Origin: Nitrososphaerota archaeon
Lineage (GTDB): Archaea > Thermoproteota > Nitrososphaeria_A > Caldarchaeales > Calditenuaceae
NCBI GenBank assembly: GCA_038741355.1
Contig: JAVYLC010000061.1
Coordinates: 1 to 6,181 of the forward strand
Direction of reading: 5' to 3'
DNA length: 6,181 nt
The translations under genes were made by a program, and so were the position numbers. Under the pieces are notes generated by a model. The model ran no database searches. It saw only the letters and a list, made by a program, of their open reading frames with translations, and was not told where the DNA came from. This document shows, in pieces, positions 1 through 4,831 of the stretch (its first letter is position 1; each line of letters begins with the position of its first letter).

Positions 1-120
1 GCCTTCCCCCGAGCAAGTGGCTCCGAGCTCTTGGGCCGATTTGTGGAGGCAGAGGTGGTGGGTGCGCGGAGGCACTGCCTGATAGGAGAGATTGAGAGAG
101 TGCTTGATCAACCTATATAG
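1..120 (+). CDS. Possible 3' end of a CDS that starts upstream of the window (partial, product unknown)
   Basis: Frame 1 is open from base 1 to a TAG at 118-120 (...GRFVEAEVVGARRHCLIGEIERVLDQPI*). Codon use (GAG, CTC, AGG) matches the neighbouring genes. It would overlap the convergent 108..590 gene by 13 nt. The evidence is weak because the other two + frames are also open for about 80-100 nt here, and 39 residues are too few to recognise a family. Confidence 0.25.
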   Translation, partial: AFPRASGSELLGRFVEAEVVGARRHCLIGEIERVLDQPI

Positions 121-590
121 CTTAGGTTCTCTGTGTCAAAATCCTTGACCAAGACTGGCTCTCTAGGCCTTCCCAGGTAGACGCCCTGTATAAACTCTCT
201 GCCAATCGCGGGTTCGCCGCTCGCAACTCTAGTTGCGATGTGATCTGGCCCAAAGTATTCCTGGGTCAGAGCCCTGACTAGCCTCCTAACCTCAACCTCA
301 TCCAAGATTCCTAGGCTGTGGAGATACTCGTGGAGGAGGACTACGAAGACGTATGAATTTGTCTCAGTTCTCGATTTGCCGGCCATCCATCCCTCCAAGT
401 GCCTCCTATTCACAAAAATGGCGTTGGAGCCTACCTCGTGATACGCTAATATACCCGGCGGTGCATCGGCAATAATCAGCATAAGTCCAGCCCTCCGCAT
501 CCCTAATCTCTCCTCAACTACGCGTTTAACCACGCGGAGGATGGAGTCAAAGTCTTGAGCATTCTCCACCTCATCGACTATTGTATTCAC
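108..590 (-). CDS. Small conserved hypothetical protein with an HExxH zincin-type motif (putative metallopeptidase-like)
   Basis: 160-codon ORF. The annotated start is GTG (cac at 588-590 on the + strand). HEYLH followed by xxG (residues 87-94, nt 318-332 for HEYLH) sits after a hydrophobic beta-like stretch (SYVFVVLL). This is the usual zincin context. There are no Cys clusters, so it is not an archaemetzincin. A TATA-like box lies 25-31 nt upstream. The first in-frame Met is residue 31, so the exact start is uncertain. Confidence 0.72.
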   Translation of the reverse strand: MNTIVDEVENAQDFDSILRVVKRVVEERLGMRRAGLMLIIADAPPGILAYHEVGSNAIFVNRRHLEGWMAGKSRTETNSYVFVVLLHEYLHSLGILDEVEVRRLVRALTQEYFGPDHIATRVASGEPAIGREFIQGVYLGRPREPVLVKDFDTENLSYIG

Positions 591-614
591 TTCAAGAGTA
601 GTTCTGTCAGTCGA

Positions 615-621
615 GTATAAA
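615..621 (-). promoter_or_regulatory. TATA-like box (TTTATAC on the - strand) for the 108..590 gene
   Basis: gtataaa on the + strand at 615-621 lies 25-31 nt upstream of the GTG start at 590. This spacing fits an archaeal leaderless transcript. Confidence 0.4.
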
Positions 622-673
622 GCCCTTAACTGATAACATCTTTTTCATCGCGTTGTTCGTGGCCAGTCTATGC

Positions 674-681
674 TTATATAA
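674..681 (+). promoter_or_regulatory. TATA box (TTATATAA) for the UPF0147 gene
   Basis: A perfect A/T octamer at 674-681 lies 33-40 nt upstream of the ATG at 714. This predicts a very short 5' UTR. It sits in the 123-bp divergent intergenic region 591-713. Confidence 0.5.
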
Positions 682-713
682 TGGGTTTGCCTGATGCCTG
701 ATAGTGTTGGAAT

Positions 714-989
714 ATGTCTGGCTCGTCCTGGGAGGAGAAACGCCAGAGGATTGTCCAAATATTAGAGGCGGTTGCCAATGATATGACAATGCCCCGCAAT
801 GTAAGGAGGACGGTTAAGGAGGTCTCCCAGGAGCTCTTCAACGAGAAGTACTCGCCAGCCGTTAGGGCAGCAAACGCCATCGAGAAAATAGAAGAGATCA
901 TCTCAGACAGCAATATTCCCAGCTTTGCTAGGACCCAGCTCTGGCTTGCTATCTCGCTTCTAGAGACGATTAAGTCTGGGCAGTTTTAG
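714..989 (+). CDS. UPF0147 family protein (small archaeal helical protein, function unknown)
   Basis: 91 aa with an ATG start. The pattern I associate with UPF0147 is present: an N-terminal acidic/basic segment, ...ILEAVANDMTMPRNVRRTVKE..., ...SPAVRAANAIEKIEEIISDSNIPSFARTQLW...LLE.I. The size (about 90 aa) is typical for the family. Confidence 0.85.
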   Translation: MSGSSWEEKRQRIVQILEAVANDMTMPRNVRRTVKEVSQELFNEKYSPAVRAANAIEKIEEIISDSNIPSFARTQLWLAISLLETIKSGQF

Positions 990-1164
990 AACCGCCTAGA
1001 ATGGCTGAGAGGAATAGGGGGATGGTTGAGAGGAGCGCGGCAGTCACTCCAAAATAGACGTAGAGCCTCTCCCCCGCCAGGTACCCCCCAAGTATCAAGC
1101 CCACTCCAACGCCTAGGACGCCGAAGAAGAGTAGCAAGAGAGTACCCATCCACGCCATATCCAT
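970..1164 (-). CDS. Small membrane protein with two predicted TM helices (hypothetical)
   Basis: 64 aa with an ATG start at 1162-1164. There are two long hydrophobic, Gly-rich segments (GTLLLLFFGVLGVGVGLILGGYL and VYFGVTAALLSTIPLFLSAIL) separated by a short charged loop (AGER). The opposite-strand ORF 1026..1229 is Arg/Pro/Ser-rich junk, which favours this strand. The gene lies 33 nt downstream of the FKBP gene on the same strand and overlaps the 3' end of the UPF0147 gene by 20 nt. Confidence 0.55.
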   Translation of the reverse strand: MDMAWMGTLLLLFFGVLGVGVGLILGGYLAGERLYVYFGVTAALLSTIPLFLSAILGGSKTAQT

Positions 1165-1189
1165 CAGCCGGAGAATCGGTATTATTCAG

Positions 1190-1196
1190 TTTTAAA
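1190..1196 (-). promoter_or_regulatory. TATA-like box (TTTAAAA on the - strand) upstream of the small membrane ORF
   Basis: ttttaaa at 1190-1196 lies 26-32 nt upstream of the ATG at 1164, in the 33-nt gap after the FKBP stop codon. It could give the small ORF its own leaderless transcript. Co-transcription with the FKBP gene is equally possible. Confidence 0.35.
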
Positions 1197-1197
1197 G

Positions 1198-1932
1198 CTA
1201 ACCTTCCTCCTTCAGATACTCGTCTATGAAGGTAACCTTTGTTACCCCCTCAATATTTTGGAATACCTCCCGGGCAATTGACTGTTTTACAAGCTGTATT
1301 CCCGAGGCTGTGCGGCTCTCCTTGGGAAGTCTTATAGACACTTCAGGCTTACTCACCTCTACGTGTGTGTTCTCGTCTGTTGCCTCGGGGAGTAGCATCT
1401 TCACTATTCCTAAGATTTTGTCCTTGTCTTCTGTCAAGATTCTCCTTATCCAGACCTCCGAGACAAGGGTCTTTCCAGCGAGTCTGTGGTTGAAGTCTAC
1501 CTGAACCCTCCCAGACTCTATGCTACGGATATATCCTTCACGCCCATCCACTATTACCCGCATCCCGGGTGTGAGTGGCTGGTCCACATCCTTAAACCTC
1601 CTGAGAGGTATGACTCTGACCTTGGAGGGGTCTCTCGCCCCAAAGGCTCTCTCCGGGGGGAGCTCAAACACCTTGTGCTCTGAGACCTTCATGTTGATCA
1701 GCTCATCCTCGACAGGCTTTAGCAGATACCCCTTTCCCACTATCGTCAGTCTAGGCCTGAAGTTTCCGCCTGTCCAGCCGGCCTTTCTGGCCTCTTCCTC
1801 GATGGTGGAGTCCACCAGCTCGCCCGTATCCTTCACCCTGACTAGGAGGTCAAGCTCAACGAAGCTGCCCGGCGCCACCCTCAGCTCCTCCTCGGCCTTA
1901 GGCTCCGCGCCCTGTCTCTCCTCTCCGCTCAT
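1198..1932 (-). CDS. FKBP-type peptidyl-prolyl cis-trans isomerase, archaeal long type (FKBP domain with insert-in-flap, plus a C-terminal domain)
   Basis: 244 aa with an ATG start. The FKBP/SlyD signature is clear: VELDLLVRVKDTGELVDST..., an IF-like insert (LKPVEDELINMKV..FELPPERAFGARDPSKV), and the hallmark ...GRVQVDFNHRLAGKTLVSEVWI. An extra C-terminal domain of about 90 aa matches the 26-29 kDa archaeal long FKBPs. Confidence 0.92.
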   Translation of the reverse strand: MSGEERQGAEPKAEEELRVAPGSFVELDLLVRVKDTGELVDSTIEEEARKAGWTGGNFRPRLTIVGKGYLLKPVEDELINMKVSEHKVFELPPERAFGARDPSKVRVIPLRRFKDVDQPLTPGMRVIVDGREGYIRSIESGRVQVDFNHRLAGKTLVSEVWIRRILTEDKDKILGIVKMLLPEATDENTHVEVSKPEVSIRLPKESRTASGIQLVKQSIAREVFQNIEGVTKVTFIDEYLKEEG

Positions 1933-1956
1933 ACTAAGCCTAATTGAAGCGTCCGA

Positions 1957-1964
1957 ATTTAAAT
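1957..1964 (-). promoter_or_regulatory. TATA box (ATTTAAAT) for the FKBP gene
   Basis: A palindromic A/T octamer at 1957-1964 lies 25-32 nt upstream of the ATG at 1932. This fits leaderless spacing. Confidence 0.5.
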
Positions 1965-1989
1965 TAGTCGCCGGGGTGGGGCATGGTAG

Positions 1990-2027
1990 AAAAATACGGC
2001 TATTGGTGGAGGCCCGGTTTTACCGGG
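1990..2027 (-). terminator. Candidate terminator of the LLM oxidoreductase gene: GC stem-loop over the stop codon plus a T5 tract
   Basis: CCCGG (2013-2017) and CCGGG (2023-2027) can pair around a TTTTA loop that contains the stop codon (2020-2022). A run of five A on the + strand (1990-1994) gives T5 on the coding strand, 26-30 nt after the stop. Oligo-T is the known archaeal termination signal. Confidence 0.35.
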
Positions 2028-3018
2028 ACGGCTGGAAGTGAGGGAGTATCCTCTCTTTGTAGAACTTGATGAATTTCTTATGGTCGGGGCTTATGTCGAC
2101 GATCTCTATGTGGGTGAAGCCCAGCTCGGCAAGCTTTGAGTATCTCTCTATGTGGTCCTCAGGCTTAGGAGAAACGATCCAACGATCCCTTATCAACTCC
2201 TCGCGGACCATGTAGCCGTATTTTTCAATCTCTCTCGGGTCATAGACGTTCGCCCTGAAGATTAACGGTAAAAGTGTTGCTGCGAATGGCCAGCAGTTCT
2301 TCAAGGCCTTCGCCTCATCCTCGTCATATGAACATATGACTTCGCACGCGACGCTCGGCTTCGCTTGCGTCAGCCCCGAGTCTGCCAGCCCGCGCCTATA
2401 GCTTCTCAGGACATTATCCCTCAGCCAGTCTATGCCGAGGCCTGCGAGCGTGATGAGTCCAACCCCCAGCTTTCCAGCTAGATAAGCGGTTGAGGGGCCA
2501 CTCGCGGCTATGTAAATGGAAATACTCGACTTGGGGAGGGTGTACAGCTTGGCACCACGCAGCCTATAGTATTTTCCGCGGAAATCCACAAACCCACCTC
2601 TCCAGAGGAGCCTGACTATCTGTACAGCCTCCTCAAGCCTCTCAAGCCTCTCCCTAAAGCTGGGCCAACCACATCCCACGGGGACCTCGTTGAGTGCCTC
2701 TCCAGTCCCGAGGCCTAGGATGACCCTGCCGGGATAGAGGTGATCCATCGTAGCAAACGCCTGGGCGACGATTGCAGGATTATATCTGAGAATTGGCGCA
2801 GTAACGGCGGTGCCTAGTTTTATCCCTTTGGTCCTCTCGGCGGTGGCTGAGAGTATCGTCCAGGCGAAGCTGCAGTAGGCGCCCTCGTCGAACCACGGGT
2901 GGAAGTGGTCGCTGATCCATCCTATCGCGAAGCCGGCCTCCTCGGCCATGACTAGGCCCTCTATGATCCTCTCGGGGCTAAACCACTCCGGCAGGACATG
3001 ATACCCGAAGTCAACCAC
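2020..3018 (-). CDS. LLM-class (luciferase-like) flavin/F420-dependent oxidoreductase, G6PDH-related subfamily
   Basis: 332 aa with a GTG start (cac at 3016-3018). It matches the family pattern as I remember it: FGY at the N-terminus, AEEAGF...WISDHFHPW, S.FAW..L.A.AERT..I.LGT.VT.P..RYNPA..AQA.AT.D.L.PGR..LGLGTGEALNE....G.WP....R..RLEEA..I.R.LW.G....F.G.YY......LY..P. The physiological substrate and cofactor (F420 or FMN) cannot be read from the sequence. Confidence 0.92.
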   Translation of the reverse strand: MVDFGYHVLPEWFSPERIIEGLVMAEEAGFAIGWISDHFHPWFDEGAYCSFAWTILSATAERTKGIKLGTAVTAPILRYNPAIVAQAFATMDHLYPGRVILGLGTGEALNEVPVGCGWPSFRERLERLEEAVQIVRLLWRGGFVDFRGKYYRLRGAKLYTLPKSSISIYIAASGPSTAYLAGKLGVGLITLAGLGIDWLRDNVLRSYRRGLADSGLTQAKPSVACEVICSYDEDEAKALKNCWPFAATLLPLIFRANVYDPREIEKYGYMVREELIRDRWIVSPKPEDHIERYSKLAELGFTHIEIVDISPDHKKFIKFYKERILPHFQPSR

Positions 3019-3075
3019 GCTTAGACAATCTCGAAGCTCCCAATAACATTTTCACATTCATGCCCAAAAGTTACT

Positions 3076-3090
3076 TAAATCAAATATAGG
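3076..3090 (+). promoter_or_regulatory. A/T-rich TATA-like region (TTAAATCAAATATAG) for the cyclase-family gene
   Basis: AAATATA at 3082-3088 lies 32-38 nt upstream of the ATG at 3120, inside the 101-bp divergent intergenic region 3019-3119. A weaker A/T stretch (3042-3053) could serve the divergent LLM gene. Confidence 0.4.
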
Positions 3091-3119
3091 AGTGCTGGAG
3101 AAGGGATAATCGAGTCTAA

Positions 3120-3971
3120 ATGGTGTACGGTGCTGTAGAGTATCTATCTGAGTCTAAAGTTGCTCAGTCGTTTTCACTTGTGAAGAGTGGCCGCATCTAC
3201 CAGCTAGGCTGGATTCTAGACGAGAGCGCTCCAACGCACCCCTTCCACGGCCCCCTATTCTACTCCACCTTCCGACGGGTGAAAGACTCTTTGCGGATAT
3301 GGCGTGGAAGCTTCGGCGCTATGAACATTAGGCTGGAGATGTCAGACCACACAGGAACGCATGTAGACGCCCTAAACCATGTCTCGACAGGGAACCGGCT
3401 CTACGGCGGAGTGGTCGTTGACGAGGTTGAATCGGAGAGAGGGACTATGAAGCTGGGCGCCGAGAATTTTCAGCCGATAGTCGCTAGGGGCATCCTCCTA
3501 GACGTGGCCGCCTCCAAAGGAAGAAACATCCTACCCGACGACTACTCAATCACTGTGGATGACGTGCTCCAAGCTCTCACGTTTGAGGGCCTAAGAGAGC
3601 CCTCTGAGGGTGATGCGGTGCTGTTTAGGACGGGCTGGGGAGGGCTTTGGGGGCGGGACAACAGGCGATACATTGGCCCGCCGATGCCGGGGATATCTTT
3701 GGAGGTTGCGAAGTGGCTCTCTGAACGGAGGGTTGTCCTAGTTGGAGGTGATACGCCCTCGGTCGAGAGGATTCAGGCTGAGCCGCCAGACACCCCCCAC
3801 GAAGAGCCAGTCCACCAACACCTCATAGTCGAGAAGGGGGTATTCATTCTTGAGAACCTCAACTTGGAGGAGCTCTCAAGGGATAGGGTCTACCAGTTCC
3901 TATTCATATGCTGCCCGATAAGGGTCCGCGGGGCAACTGCCAGCCCCGTTAACCCGGTTGCGATAGTTTAG
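3120..3971 (+). CDS. Cyclase-family protein (kynurenine formamidase-like metal-dependent hydrolase fold)
   Basis: 283 aa. The diagnostic His-rich metal motif HxGTHxDxxxH is present as DHTGTHVDALNH. The other family blocks are present: G.IYQLG near the N-terminus, VLFRTGW, and the C-terminal ...PVHQHLIVEKGVFILENLNLEEL. An ATG start follows a TATA-like box. Confidence 0.88.
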   Translation: MVYGAVEYLSESKVAQSFSLVKSGRIYQLGWILDESAPTHPFHGPLFYSTFRRVKDSLRIWRGSFGAMNIRLEMSDHTGTHVDALNHVSTGNRLYGGVVVDEVESERGTMKLGAENFQPIVARGILLDVAASKGRNILPDDYSITVDDVLQALTFEGLREPSEGDAVLFRTGWGGLWGRDNRRYIGPPMPGISLEVAKWLSERRVVLVGGDTPSVERIQAEPPDTPHEEPVHQHLIVEKGVFILENLNLEELSRDRVYQFLFICCPIRVRGATASPVNPVAIV

Positions 3972-3985
3972 GCCATTATTATAGT

Positions 3986-4016
3986 CTTATAAATCTGCTA
4001 TAAACCCTTAAAAACC
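3986..4016 (+). promoter_or_regulatory. Promoter or operator candidate: three phased A/T boxes upstream of the RHH gene
   Basis: cTTATAAATc (3986-3995), gcTATAAACc (3997-4006) and cTTAAAAACc (4007-4016) recur with 10-11 bp spacing. The last box lies 26-32 nt upstream of the ATG at 4040 (leaderless spacing) and the middle box 35-41 nt upstream. Confidence 0.4.
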
Positions 4017-4039
4017 AGTCACACCACAGATTAGGTGAG

Positions 4040-4222
4040 ATGGTAAAGCACGTATTAGTCACCCTCACGGACGAGCAGTACCAGTGTATCAGCCAGCTTA
4101 AGGGGAAGATGGGGAACAGCGATGCAGAGGTCCTACGAAACATCTTCCTCGCCTGGATAAGCGAGAAAACTGGGATGGGGTGCTGGAGGGAGACATCAGG
4201 CAAAGTGGAGAAAACAGTTTGA
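4040..4222 (+). CDS. Ribbon-helix-helix (CopG/Arc/MetJ-like) small DNA-binding protein; antitoxin-like or transcriptional regulator
   Basis: 60 aa with an ATG start. The N-terminus has the RHH layout: a short beta strand of alternating hydrophobics (KHVLVTLTDEQ), helix 1 (YQCISQLKGKMG), the G-x-S/T/N helix-capping turn (GNSDAE), and helix 2 (VLRNIFLAWISEK). The antisense ORFs (3979..4203, 4098..4343) have no comparable pattern. The gene is short, so coding status is not certain. Confidence 0.6.
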   Translation: MVKHVLVTLTDEQYQCISQLKGKMGNSDAEVLRNIFLAWISEKTGMGCWRETSGKVEKTV

Positions 4223-4831
4223 AACAGCGATAACCACTGGAGTGGTGATGTAGATGTCTTAAGTTAACAGAGCCCCCCACTTCTATCCCTAAACCATTTA
4301 TTCTTTGAAGCCCTACGGCCGGACTCGGCTTATATCCAGACATGAGGATAGTGTCCGTCTTCAGCCTTTACAAGTCTGGAGCCTCTAACCTGTCACGCTG
4401 TGGAACACCGCATGTTAAGGCTGCCCATACCTTGACCCGCTTCTCAGCTGTCTTTAGTCTATTTGTTGGCAAGCATATGTTAAACTGTCTTTCTCACCTC
4501 AGGCTTACTGAACTAAGATTTCATACTAACAGGCTCTAGCTAACACGGAATCCTAAACCTAAGACCTTTGAGCTAGGCAGGAGCCAACACATAGAGAGAC
4601 ATATCTAACGCCGAACACCACAATCAGATAAGCCAGCCTCCATACATCCACACATGTAGGCGAGGGGCCTGGCCCTGACAGCGCCGTTGACGGTACAGGT
4701 CATCTGGTTGTGGGAGAGGCTCCGGCCATGCCAATGACATTGTCATGGAAATTGAGAAGTTTAAAGAATGTGGATGTGCAGTGGAGGCTTAAAGCCGGAG
4801 TACATTGTTGGGTGGTTCTTGTGTGTTTTTG

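Noticed and set aside
607-913. ORFs 607..789 (-) and 674..913 (-)
   Set aside because: They run antisense to, or overlap, the well-supported UPF0147 gene and its promoter region. Their sequences are low-complexity and Ser/Thr/Leu-rich with no recognisable motif. They look like shadow ORFs.
1026-1229. ORF 1026..1229 (+), 67 aa
   Set aside because: It is Arg/Pro/Ser-rich (RRRASPPPGTPQVSSPLQRLGRRRR), which is typical of the antisense frame of a Gly/Leu-rich membrane gene. It also crosses into the FKBP gene. The opposite-strand two-TM ORF is the more credible reading.
1226-2041. ORFs 1226..1504, 1486..1683 and 1520..2041 (+)
   Set aside because: All are antisense to the clearly recognisable FKBP gene. 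They are Ser/Leu/Thr-rich with no motifs. These are shadow ORFs in a GC-moderate gene.
4033-4039. Shine-Dalgarno-like AGGTGAG just before the RHH start codon
   Set aside because: The GGTGA core ends only 1 nt before the ATG, which is too close for a functional SD spacing. The upstream TATA spacing suggests a leaderless or near-leaderless mRNA instead.
3979-4343. ORFs 3979..4203 (-) and 4098..4343 (-)
   Set aside because: They are antisense to the RHH candidate. They have a Ser/Pro/Cys/Trp-rich composition and no domain pattern, and 3979..4203 would run through the A/T-rich promoter region. The + strand RHH reading explains the region better, although with genes this short the choice is not absolute.
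4342-4539. ORF 4342..4539 (+), 65 aa, considered as a possible TnpB/OrfB zinc-finger remnant because of SNLSRCGTPH
   Set aside because: The only resemblance is an S-R-C-G tetrapeptide. There is no second CxxC, no RuvC-like motif and no terminal inverted repeats. A TATA-like element lies only 7 nt before its ATG. This is not enough to call a CDS, pseudogene or IS element.
4223-4831. tRNA, C/D-box sRNA, SRP RNA or RNase P RNA in the gap
   Set aside because: I found no T-loop consensus (GGTTCRAATCC) on either strand. I found no RUGAUGA...CUGA box pairs with proper spacing; only partial matches such as AGATGAC on the - strand near 4700. I recognised no conserved SRP or RNase P motifs. By-eye scanning cannot exclude a novel ncRNA, so the gap is reported as a finding and not as an RNA feature.
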